A stretch of 63,962 nt of DNA, filler included, from Sanchytrium tribonematis (taxonomy: Eukaryota): assembly GCA_018985235.1 (NCBI GenBank). It is 6 parts of 6 records of this genome, joined end to end, with 100 filler letters (N's around TTAATTAATTAA, not from the genome) between each part and the next. Parts side by side here need not be neighbours in the genome. Positions count along the whole stretch, not along the records: positions 1 to 10,928 come from JADGIG010000275.1; positions 11,029 to 21,927 come from JADGIG010000276.1; positions 22,028 to 32,913 come from JADGIG010000277.1; 3 more parts are not named here. The stretch is one strand, 5' to 3'. This document shows, piece after piece, positions 9,974 to 22,639 of this stretch. Below the pieces are notes generated by a model, which did no database searches, was not told the origin of the DNA, and saw only the letters and a program-made list of their open reading frames with translations. The translations under genes and the position numbers were made by a program. Every line of letters starts with the position of its first letter. The stretch's first letter is position 1.

Positions 9974-10711
9974 ATGTTGTTGCCATTATTTGCGCATCAA
10001 ATTGCATTTAATAGCGGCATTCTGCATATTAAAGAATTGGATATTTATCAACCTATTGAAAATCCAAACATCATGTTGTTTGAAAATCCACTGCTGATTG
10101 AAAAGCATTTAAATTTGGATACTGCCATATTATTGGTGAAGAAACATGAAATTATCTTTGATAATTCTTTGAAAAATGTAGGTTTTTGCACAATGGCCGA
10201 AATCATTTGTCTTCAATTAAATTACTATTACCCACAGCTCTATAGTCAGATGCAAGTGCCCAAATTAACCAATGACGAAGCCGAAGCCGGTTCACTTGTC
10301 ATTGCACATTTGTATTTCGATTTTGAGATTGAAAAATCAATGGAAATGAACTTTGACTTTAATTTGCAAAACTATCAAAAAATAATCTCTGATAGTGAAC
10401 ATGCTAAAAGATTGCTTAAATATTATCTCGAAACAATTCCAAAGTTGTTTTTCCACCCAGATTGGCCATTTGAACACATGTTTGAACAAACTAGACAATT
10501 ATTGGTGTTTGGTGCCGCTATGTTGAAGATTTCCAAAAAAATGAACTCACACAAATTATCTTATGAGAAAATATTACGTGCAATAGGATCTAAGATACCT
10601 GGTATACAAGTATATTTCGAGAAAACATTAAAAATGATTGATTTATATGAAAATGATGATAATTTTGATGCATTTTCAATTCGAGTCAATGCTACCATGT
10701 ATTTTGGCTAA
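9974..10711 (+). CDS. Hypothetical protein
   Basis: ORF of about 245 aa from MLLPLFA; no recognisable motif. Confidence 0.6.
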   Translation: MLLPLFAHQIAFNSGILHIKELDIYQPIENPNIMLFENPLLIEKHLNLDTAILLVKKHEIIFDNSLKNVGFCTMAEIICLQLNYYYPQLYSQMQVPKLTNDEAEAGSLVIAHLYFDFEIEKSMEMNFDFNLQNYQKIISDSEHAKRLLKYYLETIPKLFFHPDWPFEHMFEQTRQLLVFGAAMLKISKKMNSHKLSYEKILRAIGSKIPGIQVYFEKTLKMIDLYENDDNFDAFSIRVNATMYFG

Positions 10712-10716
10712 ACAAA

Positions 10717-10928
10717 TCACAATTTACTTTTTAATGAATCATCTAATCTTAATTTCACTTGATTTAAATACTCTGTCGTATTTACATAATCAGATCTTTT
10801 CATTTCTTTTCCTTTTTGAGCCAATGCCAAATCTTTGGTCATGACCCCATCTTTATTCACAGAATCAATACAGCCATGTTCAACACAAATGAATCCATTT
10901 CTGGATTTGCCAAATCATGCTTTGAAAT
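10717..10928 (-). CDS. IDP: 3' end of NADP-dependent isocitrate dehydrogenase ending in PTS1 (SKL); cut by contig end
   Basis: Manual translation EHGCIDSVNKDGVMTKDLALAQKGKEMKRSDYVNTTEYLNQVKLRLDDSLKSKL* matches the fungal Idp C-terminus (MTKDLA). Absent from the ORF track. Frame is disturbed near the contig edge. Confidence 0.85.
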
Positions 10929-11028
10929 NNNNNNNNNNNNNNNNNNNNNNNNNNNNNNNNNNNNNNNNNNNNTTAATTAATTAANNNNNNNNNNNNNNNN
11001 NNNNNNNNNNNNNNNNNNNNNNNNNNNN
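10929..11028. other. Artificial contig spacer
   Basis: N44-TTAATTAATTAA-N44; stops in all six frames. Confidence 0.97.
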
Positions 11029-12770
11029 AAATGAAGAGATTTTTGACTTGTTGAAATTATTAAAGGAAATCTGTTATGTTGAGTAGATTGTACTTGTTGG
11101 TAGACAGTGTTTTGACACATCCTATCAAATAAATAAACTATATCTTATTGATTTCTATTCATCTCAAAGGATTCATAAACTGGTGCAAGACACATGGTAA
11201 GAATACTTCTAATTGGTTTCATCCTAATGGATTAATTTATACTACCACAGATTCCTGATTTTAAAAGTCGCACAACATGGCTCTTCGGAGGATTTGAAAA
11301 GAAACAAGAAATTTAATGAAGAGCACAAAGTAAATAATCTAGGAGATATTCTATAAACAATAAGTATCTAGCAAGTGCTGGTATTGTTCCAGACTCTCTT
11401 TGTCTGATGTAAACTTGTGTAAATTCCATCTTGGTGCAACAGATTCTTTGTGATTAGAAGGCAAATTTGAAGATAGTAACAAAATGCGATGATCAGACCA
11501 TCGTTGATCTACATCTAAAACTGAAGCCTATCAGAGTCACACAATATATAGTCGATATTAGAGACTTTAAAAACCAGTTTGAGGATGATGATTAATAGCC
11601 CTAATTCGTAAATCAATTGTTCTTGTATTGGCTTCTTAGCATTAGCGGCAGTGACAATATAATATTTTGATTTGTCAAACTGCATCCAATTATTAGTTAA
11701 AAGTGTGACATCCACACAATGTTTACCATAAGTAAATGTGAATACATTTTAGTTGGTCAGATGGCAATTAATTTTTTCCCTGACAATTTGAAGATCCAAA
11801 CAAAACAAGGCCGTTCCCTTATTGGATTATGTGCCAATCAAGAAGACACTGATCTTAAACAGATCGAAAAAGAATTATTAAGATGCTCAATGATGTTTGT
11901 TAGTCAAAAACCAAAGAAAAAGAGTACGAAGCATGTAAAAAGTGAGCTCAAAAACGTGTGTTTATTGCCAAGAAGTACCCATTTGATTCGTTTGGAAAGC
12001 CACTAGAAAACTTGGGTTACATGTTAGACCCCGCTTTCTTTTTAAGCAATTTTTATGTAAAGAAATAAAACAAAGAATGTGAAAAGAAGAAAAGTGACTT
12101 TGGAACTGAAAATGGCAACGTGATGCCCCTGTACACAATAATTTTTGCTTTGGAAGTTCTGGGAAGTATTACATAGATGGATTCTGTGGTTTTATATTTA
12201 ATTTCAGAGCAACTGCAAGTTTTTACAAAATGGTCTTATCTCTCAGAATTGAGATGACAATGGCCCTATTAAATTTGTTGATTTCCAATTGGCTACTAGA
12301 GAAAATGCCAGATAAAAATCCATTGTACAAAACCTGGAGATGTACTGAGTTTTCTGATAGCCATCTATAGTATTCTACGATGTGAATTAAAGCTTGATGC
12401 ACCATACTAGACAAGTTCACTGTTCTATTCCCATTTTATATACAATTTATCACTATGACTAATAATAACTCAAATTTGAACAATAATGGATAAATACGCC
12501 AACTAGCTATCCCGTTGAAGAAAATCCGTGTCCGGTGACCAAGTTTCAAAATGAATCCCGACCAGTGTGTCATGACCCTAGTCAATCAAGACATGTCTAA
12601 AATAAAAATTCATATACTCCCTTTAATAGTTTCAGTATAACATCCCCAATCACGTTGATCTTTGCGCTATTTTTTACATTTTCCCCTCATGAAAACCCTT
12701 TAAAGTTCTCGTTATCGAACGAATGTAATTCTTCCCAATCAAGTCACTGCTGATGTTCTTTTAGATGTGA

Positions 12771-14700
12771 TTGGTTCTGAGAATGAATCATAGTTTTCCT
12801 TTAAACTACGATGATGAAGATTACAATTTGGTGGAAGATTATTTGAATGAAAACATTGAGCCATCTGCGCCATACTGCAACACCAGTGATAGAAATCCGT
12901 TTTCAGATCCCAATAATTTACTAGATTTTCAAAATGTCATTAATAATATGGACTCTCCTGAATTGAACCTGCCAGCAAATTTCCCTTCAGAACCAAAGGC
13001 ATTTCACTATTTCTCTTTGATATGCTCTTTCCAAATGATAACTCAATTAAGAAAAGCAATGAATCGAAAAAATAGAGATGCTCTTGACCAAAGTCAATTA
13101 CTTGATGATTTAGAAGACGCAAATGAATCGACTCCAATTAATGATTTTATTGATCCTTTGAATAATCTTTCTTCCGAATTTCCCAACACTCACTCAATTC
13201 AAATTTCTAAATTCACAAATCAAAACATTTATCAATTTTTTGGGCGTCAAATTTTATTGGGTATTGCTGATTTGCGCAGCGAAGAATCCTATTTTTATGA
13301 GGATAGAATAAATCCACCATTAATTCATCAAGTATCTTTTTCTAGTTTTAAAAGAATAAAAAGATTTTTTCATCCCTACTCTCACCAATTCGAATTTAAT
13401 AATGCCAGAAAGTATTCCTGTTCTATTACTAGAACTCATTGAGTCAGGCAATGGCAATGAATTGAATTTACAAGAGGATGAAACAGAAATCGCAAACGAA
13501 GAAGATGCAAGTTTAACAGCTGTAGATGACACTCCATTAGTCATTATTGAGAACCCTCTTACACGACTAGCACCACAAGAACCACTCTATCCAGTGGAAA
13601 GAACCAAACAGGATGAATATGTAACATTTTTATTTGTGTTAATGGGAAATCTAATTACATTCAATGGTCACCTAATATGGCTATTCGAGATATTTACCAC
13701 ATTTGGAGTACAAGTATGTTGTATACAACTTGATGAGTAGTCCCCATTTGGATAAATTAGTGAAACCAGATTCCACATTGTTTGCTGCAGTGGCATGCCC
13801 TCAAGATATTACAGTGGATTGTCAAGTAGCTCATTCTGAAGCATCACTGGTACTTCCAGTATATGCCAAAGCAAATCAACTGATTCCTCAATATGTCTTA
13901 AGCAGTCATGGAAATTCTCATTTACTAAAAACGGAGATTATTTGACTTTGGATGATGAATCTAATTAGTAAATGGATTACAGTATGCCTGTTTCTTTCAC
14001 CAATTTATTGATTCTGTGTCTAAATGTGTTGCTTTTAGATGTGGTACTTTTTGGAGTGATATTGCCGATGAATTGCTTCCTGCTTGTAACAGAGACTTGA
14101 AATTACTTGTTCAATGTAGTGGTGTCCTGATGAATGACGATTTTACCATTGAACCAAATGACACGATCAGAACAATCCCATCAAGAAGTACTGGTTCTCG
14201 TGTTAATAAAAACCCATTTGAAATTGAAGAAATCAACTCCACTGATGTTGGTGGGGATCAATTACGGGTTAGAAAGGACCAAATTTATCAAGAAAGCTTG
14301 CAAATTGTTTTGCATCAAATAGAAATGGATTGTGAAATTGATAAAATTTCATTGGATGAACTGAGATTGTCCTACTTAAATATTGGAGGACTATTGAGTC
14401 GTCAGTAGGCTGTTAATCCGCTAATGAATAAGCACCAGTTGGGTGTGCTAATCATTTCGGAAACTAAAACCAGCAAATTCAAATTCTTGTGTGCACCTGT
14501 TATCTACCACTGACACTGTGAATGGGCAGTATGGCATGGCAGTGTGAGTCAGAAATATGCCTCTAGGCATCTCAATATCGTGTCCAGCTTGCGGTATCAC
14601 ATTTAAATTCAATTTAAGAATTTTAATGTGGTTGGCATTTATATTCCATTTAGAGTACCAGATAAGATGCAGTTTTATATAGATCACATTGATAGATATG
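12771..14700 (+). mobile_element. Degraded non-LTR retrotransposon: fragmented ORF1-like region plus start of an APE endonuclease
   Basis: LRLSYLNIGGLLSRQ*...VLIISETK...NVVGIYIP at about 14360-14650 matches APE motifs. Upstream ORFs are broken by frameshifts. Confidence 0.6.
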
Positions 14701-15399
14701 TATTTGTATAAAGTGTTATATCAGAAAGAATCTTATATACATCACTTACATTGCCAATAGTGAATTTTCTGGTGTTTATACCTTTAAATCGATTTGTATC
14801 AATTTCAACTTTTTCTAATTCAATACATCTAATTCAAAATTATTTAATTCATATGATTCAATATCATTAGCGGGAATGAAATTACTATTTAAAATAGGAA
14901 TAAAATAATTTATGTAGTTAGGCATTAAATTGAAAATATTAATATTTCAATATAGTTATCAACACTATCATTCTCACTGAATATAAAAAGTTTTTTACCA
15001 AGTCTTCTATCCAAATCTATTTCATCAAGCAATCTGTTAAAAAATATTTCGAATTGATTTTAAAACATGGGGTGGTGGTCACGTAGAGAGAACACTCCAA
15101 AAGTTTTTGATCAAAATAAGGAGAATATGATAGCTTTTGATATTTTTAAAAATTAGAATATTCAGAACGAATAAAGATTAAAAATTATCTTCAATTAACT
15201 GATGAAGAAGAGAAATTACTTATTCTTAAGTGTAGTTTAAAATTACCGCGACATCCAGATTATATCTCCATGGATTCTTTTGAAATAGTCATGTTTAAGC
15301 CACATGCAGTGTATAAATATATCGAGACCTTTGAAATGAAAGGTTAACCTGGAAAACCAATTTTTTTTATCCTTTTTTGAGATAAACTCGTGTAGATTG

Positions 15400-16050
15400 G
15401 CCGACATTACATCGGTGTACAATTGTTATGTAGTCTTCTCAATATTAATATTTGATTCAATTTGCTCGCTTTGCTATTTTTCAAATGCTCCAATCTAAAC
15501 ACATCTTTTCTTAATTCCATCTTCTTCATTCTCGTTTGATATCTCTTATTGATTCTCAACTCTAATCCAGATCTACATGCCTGCGTGTGGTAATATAATA
15601 AAATATCTACCAAATGATTTAAATTGTCTGGTTTTGAGTCATCGTGTCTTTTGACGTGATTAAGTTGCAGACTATTGTGTGCTAAATCCTCGGCTTGTAC
15701 TAGAATATCGAGTCCATATATATTATACAGCTGTTTTTCCCTCTTAACAAATGTTGTGAAACAGTTGATTGCTGCTTAATTATCGCAAAATATTTTCAAT
15801 TGGTGTTCATTCAAATTAGAAATACTGTATGCAAATAACAATCCACTTGCTATGCCGCATATCAGATTGGAGTCTGACACACCCTTTCTTGAAAAGAGTC
15901 TTTTTAATGGGCATCCCATATGGAATGGTACCAGTCAACACAATTGGAATTCAAGCGACGATAAACAAATGCATGGGATATGTGTACTATCAACTCTAAA
16001 GCATCACTGGATGCACATCAATTTTTGGTTTCTTCCCATTTTCACTCTGA
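15400..16050 (-). mobile_element. RNase H remnant of a retroelement, related to 35588..36311
   Basis: SDSNLICGIASG...LKIFCDN and HVKRHDDSKPDNLNHLVDILLYYH align to DSTRSEIIGIACS and HIPGHDESQPNSLNHLADYLSHYH. Confidence 0.65.
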
Positions 16051-19000
16051 TTAACATCTTCCATGGTTACAAACAAGCTGTCATCACTAGATGAGGTGGA
16101 GTCATTGTTTAGGTCTCAATATTGGATTTAACAGTACGAATGTAAATGTCATATTGGAAGGTGACATTTGATTAATGGCAAAGATCACCCAACAACTTTC
16201 TGAAATCACTTTTAAAACGGGATGGAGAGTGAATTAAAAGGGCGACTTCGTAAATATCAGATTGGAGTCTGACACATTTAATGGGCAATTTGATAAATTT
16301 CAGCCAACCTTCCGTGGAAAAAAAGGGTTTCATCGAGGGATTCTCTTACATATTATAGAAATTAGAAAGAACTAAATTGATTCTTAAAAGGCTGCATATT
16401 ACAAGACACAGGTTTTGTGATGCAAAATATTTTTCGATAAATATTTCCAGTTGTTTGCTGCGCTTGAAGTAGTATTTTTCAAATGCTTTGATTAAGATTA
16501 TTACATGTATCTTCAAAAGATGCAGCTACTCAAAAGCTGAGTTGATTATTGCAGGCTAGTAGATAAAGCTTAAGAAGTGCTTTTCAAATAGTTTTTTCAG
16601 AAAAGACATCAATAAAATGGGTCTATATCGATTGGATGTACTACTCCTTTTTTATGATGATAGATAAATGTATTTGATTCGGGGTTGCTCCAAAATGGAG
16701 AATTTTGTTAAATAAAAGTGTCACATAGGGAGATATCATGGCACTTAGTAATTGTAGTATGTCTTAAGTCAATTTACTAATGCCAACCAAACGATGAGTA
16801 GGCAAATGGCTATTTAGATAGTCAATTTTCACTATTTGATTTCAAATAGAATTCCAGGAGGTTGCGAATAGATCTCGTATCTAAGAGCTAATTTGTGGGT
16901 ATACAAGTATTTCATTCCGTTTTTGATGATTATAAAGTGATTAGGGTATTGATTGATACTTCCAGTGCCATTTAAGTTGCTCTTTATATTAAAAATTTTC
17001 AAATAAGGACAAGTCAATCATAAATCGTAAATACTCATTAATTATTCAAGTTCGTATAAGAGCTAATTTTTATCTGTACTATGGATTTAATTATTAACCC
17101 ACAAAGTATATGATAAAGTGTGTTAACAATGATTATATAGAATTTACTATCCCATTATTTCTACTTCTTTAATGTCTTAAGAAACATTATTCAACTTATA
17201 TTTTTTTGTCAAGCTCTAACTTAATCATTTACTTACTCAGTAAAACTTATGACATCACACTAAAATCACGATTTACTTTCCAATAACCAGCCCAAATTAC
17301 AATATTTTATCCAGTTTTACAATATATTTACCAAGAGATATTCAATAGATATATTTATTAATTGTATATTCTCATATTCTCTGGATTATCTTTACTGTAT
17401 TTTATCAACCATTGGATTGGTTTGGTTGCATTAGGATTCATTTGTTGATGATGTTGCTTCAACATCACTCTAACATCTTCCCTTGTGGAATTTTATCAAT
17501 ATTACCGTCATATTCTTGGTGTTTACTTGCATAATTCTCTCTGTATATCTCTGCTACACTTTTATAATTGTTTTTCATCCAGGAATGAGAATAATTCTGA
17601 TTATTCTTCTTCTTAAGAGTAGAGGCATATTTAACGAATAAAGCAAGTTCACTTAAGGAAAAATCGGTAATATCTACATGATTGGATCTACACCAAGTAT
17701 TGAATCGCCTTTTACCACTATTTTAAGTAAAATTGGTCTTCTGGGATCAAATTGTCTTCTTTATCTTAATCTCATCGTTTAATAATTTTTTACTGTAGTT
17801 ATGTGAGTCATCTAATGCATCCGGATCACCCATTAAAGTCTTGAAAAGTATACTCGTGTTTCGCGATTAAAAGGAGCTACTGGAGAAGTGATGTAACACG
17901 CCGTGATGTACAAACTATGATTGGCCTGTGATCTAACGTTCACCCTACAATAAAAATATATAAACAACTTCAACTTCAAAATTTGACAGTAAGTTCATCA
18001 AATTTGGAATTAAATACTTAAATTTGGAAATAAAAACTTTTAATATTTCTACGATGTTCACTTTTGTTTCATTATCTCTTTTAAAAAGTCCGATTTTAAA
18101 TCTACAATTGGTTTTCTTGGACTTAATTGATCTTATTCTTCCCGCAAATGTACAATAATATACAAGGTATTTTTCTTTGGTCTGTATGGAGGTTTCTAAT
18201 TGAATATTACGGTCCCTAAATAGATGACCAAGTTAAAGCTATGTATTTGATCTCGTCATTGCGCCTGTTGTTTTCAGGGCTAATGAGCAACTGGGTAGGG
18301 TGACATACTCGAAGGACATAGAACAAACATAAATGGTAGTTGCGGTGTTTTATTACTGCCCCTGTTTAATCGCGCAATTGCAGGGGTTCACATGACAACA
18401 TGATCAACCAAGGGATGTGTGCAATTACGTGATTCTTTTTTTATAATCTCATTGAATTTTAAATATTTTTCAAATTGATGTTAATTTTCTGCTATTCGGT
18501 TGAAACGTTTAAAGTTGATACTTGCTAATCTTCTTTGATCATATATTTGTGGACAGCTTCTTTATTGTTGCTTTCGCATGGCAAAAAGAGCTCATATCCA
18601 TTACAAAATTATTCAAAGTCGAGATTTAACATGTCCATTTTTTCGTTACATGATTTTGAAACATTTGTCAGAAGAGATTTAACTTCTTTCATGTAAAGAT
18701 CTTTTAGAACAAGCAAATACATCATGTAAAAATTATTGCACATTTTTGGGGCGGTTGGGTCTTCAGTAAAGTGACCGTCAAAATTATCCAAACCACAGTT
18801 TGAGATGTGGGAGATTTGATGGAGAAGAGGAGAAATTCCATTGAAAATTAAATGATGCCCATAAAATAAGATGAGAAATTCGAGAATGCTGCTGATTTGG
18901 CGATTGCAACGTGTTTCGAGGGTAAAACCATGACTGAATCTGAGATTGAAGAAGACAAAAACTACTCTTTTACGCAATTTCGATTTGGTAGATAATTCTA

Positions 19001-19099
19001 GTAAATAGGATTAGAAAGTATTATAAGACACGTCCTGTTTTAGATTTGACCAAGTCATTGCGAAAATCCAACTGCATCTCAATTAGTACTAGTAAAGGG

Positions 19100-19400
19100 T
19101 CGATCTACTGTATCAATGCATAAAATAGCAGACAGCTACTTCTACAATATGGGGGGTAGCAACTTGCTTGATATGAAAGTTTTTTTGACAAGTAGTAAAA
19201 TTAAAACGATGAGATGGTGGCCTAGTGTGTTTTTCTTTTGTTTGGATTCAGTTTTGTCTAATACACATGTCATGTCATATATAACAAACTAAATTGTGAT
19301 TTATCTGGCAAACAAATGCCAAATCAAGATTTCAAGTTAAAAGTGGCTGAGAAATTAATTAATGGGAATACATATGTTAAACAACATTGAAAGAAGGTAA
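19100..19400 (+). mobile_element. piggyBac-like transposase C-terminal remnant
   Basis: YFYNMGGSNLLD...KTMRWWPSVFFFCLDSVLSN...DFKLKVAEKL resembles the YNxxMGGVD / RWW block. Confidence 0.75.
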
Positions 19401-19418
19401 AGAAACGATCAACAAATA

Positions 19419-19930
19419 ATGCAGTTACTTCGTCAGTTCCTGAACAGCCTCAAGTCATCTATTTTACATGTTATCAATCTACATAAGCATCAACTACACA
19501 TTAACAATCAACAAACATCCAATCAATTAGTCAAATCAGGTTCTATTGATACATTATCTGATTATGTACATTTGCGATATAAAAACGAATATGATCAATA
19601 TGAGCAGTGTAAAGTTGTGGATAAGAATGGGCATAAATTGGGATACAAATGGGAGATTGAATACAAATGGGAGATTGAATACAAATGTGGAATTGTCATG
19701 TGGATTGACAAATTTTACACTAAAATACATCGTGTAGGCAAAACAATTCGATGGTATATTACCAAAAACAAGATTCATAAGGAAAGATACTGGGTGAAAG
19801 TGATAAATGCTGAGCATATTTCATGCGAATGCCTATATGGGAATATGATAGAGTTACCCTGTAAACACATGATGTTCGTATATAGAGAGTCAAATTTAGG
19901 CACAGATGCGCGTAAACTAATACCAAACTA
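19419..19930 (+). mobile_element. SWIM zinc-finger fragment (MULE-like), interrupted by a Tc1 insertion
   Basis: SCECLYGNMIELPCKHM. Internal 18-nt duplication (YKWEIE twice). The ORF ends inside the Tc1 TIR. Confidence 0.65.
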
Positions 19931-21079
19931 CAAGTAAATGTCACTATTAGTTCAAACACCCTTATGTTTGACCCTTTATAAGTCTACAAAAGCATGTGAA
20001 TAAGATGTCTCACAAGCCACGGATCATACTTTAATGTGTTAGTACCTTTAAAATGTAAAAATAAATAAGTCATTCAGTCGAAATTTTTTGGCAAATTTGA
20101 AACCTATTGTTTTTGAAGAGAAATAACCAATCAACGGGTCTGTACGATAATTTTTGATTGTGCAACATTAACTCAAAGGATTCGAGGTACAAACATCAAA
20201 AAATGACGCGTGGTAAAAAGAGGAGCCATTTTGGCTCATTTGAGCGACGGTAAGGGAGTAAATCAAATTTCGAAGTTACTGTAATTGATGTCAAGAATTT
20301 TAAAAGTCTTGAAAGTCAGTATATACCTGACAGAACACGATAAACGCCAAATGCAAGAATGGTAAGAACTTAAATAGACATTTAGCCAACAAAGTTGGAT
20401 TTAGAACTCTATTAAAAACAACCAATAAAATGAAAATTAAAGAAAGAAAAAGTATAAAATGCATCTAATCACACCAGTTCAACGTGCCAAACGACTTGCA
20501 TGGGCAAAAGAGCATAAAAATACAGATTGGAATGCCTGGTTGTTTAGTGATGACTCGTATATTGAAGTGGCGGAAAATGGTGCCCAAAGTTTTTTAATGA
20601 TGCGAGGACAACCAATTAAAGAGTTCCAAGTGCAACAAATGGATAAATCTCCCAAGAAAATACTTATTTGGGGTTTGATTCATTACAATGGAGGGGGTAA
20701 GGTCATTATTTCAAAAGACACAATAAGGAAAGAGCGATATGTGCAAATTTTAAAAATAGTTGTGAAATCGTTTTATAGAAACAATCCTGATACCGATTGG
20801 ATATTTATGCAAGATGGTGCGTCAGCTCACACAGCTGCAATATCATTAGAAGAATTAGATGAGAGTGGAATCGATTATCGTAAGTGGCCAACGAGCTCCC
20901 CCGATCTTTGTGTGAAAAACATTGTCCTGTATTGTACGATTGATGCTGTTATCAAAGCTAAAAGTAGCCACACAAAGTATTAAATAAATAAGATTTTAAT
21001 TTTTCAAGGACCTACAAACGATTTGTTGATTATGGGTTCAAACAAAAGGGGTGTTCGAAGTAATATTGAAACTTACTTG
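19931..21079 (+). mobile_element. Tc1/mariner element with both TIRs and TA target duplication; internally deleted transposase
   Basis: Left TA|CAAGTAAATGTCACTATTAGTTCAAACACCC; right reverse complement TA|CAAGTAAGTTTCAATATTACTTCGAACACCC. ORF 20459..20983 has WLFSDDS, FMQDGASAH, WPTSSPDL, then a deletion, then AVIKAKSSHTKY. Confidence 0.9.
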
Positions 21080-21927
21080 TACTAGTATTTGCAAAAAGAG
21101 AGCGAGGAAACAAGTCCATTCATTTTGCATAAATTGGCCCATTTTTGACGATTAGATGTGTAAATGCGGCTCATATGGATGATGTGTGAGGGATGTCAAA
21201 TCTTATAACACTCGTAAAAGACGACGAGTTAGCGATGAAGAGGTAGATCATATTCTAATAGTAGCATAAAAGGCCCTAACTGGTGAATAAATAGTATTCG
21301 GTATTGTTTAAGAGAGCATTGCGAAGAAAATGACTGTGTTTCATGGAGCATTTGCCCCATATTTTTTTATTGAATAGATAATCGCTCCAACGACCTTCCG
21401 ATTTCTCAAATGAGCTTTTTATACTGTATTACATGTAAAATATAATTCTTATGGGTGAATGTGTTAAACTAATTATAGTAAGCAAAGTTTGAAATTTTAA
21501 ACAAATATAACCTTGCATTTATAAAAACATTTCACCAATACGTGTGATTTTAATCTATAAATTACAAAAAATAAAGCCCAAATAAACAGAATATTATTAT
21601 TTAGAACTGCAGACTAACTACTTTAATTTGAACCTGATAAAGTTTAGAATAGAGATGGATACATGACATGAAAAGTGGGATACATAAATGTGAGACTGAC
21701 TTTTGAAATGAAATGTGTAAAAGACATTTAAGGAAAATATGTCATGAAGTTTCAGACTCCAAACCAATCAATTATAGACTTATTCAAACGGCTTTTCCTC
21801 CAATTAAATCAGTTGATTTTTAATAAATCAAATGCACCAATTATTATTCACAACAAATTTCTATCCGACAAATCCGTTTCAATAGACGCTAATAATCCGT
21901 CATTTGTCCGCCATTTCTACCAATCAA

Positions 21928-22027
21928 NNNNNNNNNNNNNNNNNNNNNNNNNNNNNNNNNNNNNNNNNNNNTTAATTAATTAANNNNNNNNNNNNNNNNN
22001 NNNNNNNNNNNNNNNNNNNNNNNNNNN
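21928..22027. other. Artificial contig spacer
   Basis: N44-TTAATTAATTAA-N44. Confidence 0.97.
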
Positions 22028-22419
22028 TCAGGCAATTCACCATAAAGTGTGACTTTGTTTTGAAATCCATTTTGAACAAGTAATTTAATCATGGCAATTT
22101 GATGGTTTTGAATCGCATGATCTAATGGATATTGACTATTTGAATTCATTGTATCCAATTGTGACTTGGATATTTGTTTGAATCCATTCAAATACATTTC
22201 TAATATTTGTGGATGACTCCATTGGATAATGGCATGTGTCATGGTCATTGGTGGCATATCTGGATGATTTGGATCAGATAATAATGCCATTGGATCATTA
22301 AATCCATTGAACAATGCAGTACATTCATCGATTTTACTATTTTGCAATATTTCAATGTAGGATGTTTGTGGGGACATGAATGGAATTGAAAATAGAGAAA
22401 AGAGAAGCAACATGGTCAT
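22028..22419 (-). CDS. Secreted ankyrin-like family member 1 (3' cut by contig end)
   Basis: Signal peptide; QYPLDHAIQNHQIAMIKLLVQNGF. Confidence 0.8.
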
Positions 22420-22639
22420 GTTTGATATGGGGGAATGTCTATGAGTTCAAATGATATCAAATGATGCTATTTTGGTGTCATTTGGGGTATCAGATGATTT
22501 AGAATATGAAACAAATGAGCAAATACCATTCAATCAAACCATTCTTGGTAGACAGCATCGCATGTTTCTATTTAAGGTCCAGATGTTCTATACGTGATCT
22601 CAATTGAAACAACTAGGTCAAATAAAGTTTTTTCTGAAA

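Noticed and set aside
10973..10984. TTAATTAATTAA as a biological repeat or CRISPR-like unit
   Set aside because: It is an assembly linker centred in N runs.
11515..12420. Short ORFs with faint transposase resemblance
   Set aside because: No convincing motif.
16300..16830. Possible reverse transcriptase remnant (KCFD, LLFYDD)
   Set aside because: Motifs are too short and interrupted to support by eye.
18609..18977. 122-aa ORF in the repeat-rich contig
   Set aside because: Non-ATG start, no motif, surrounded by decayed elements.
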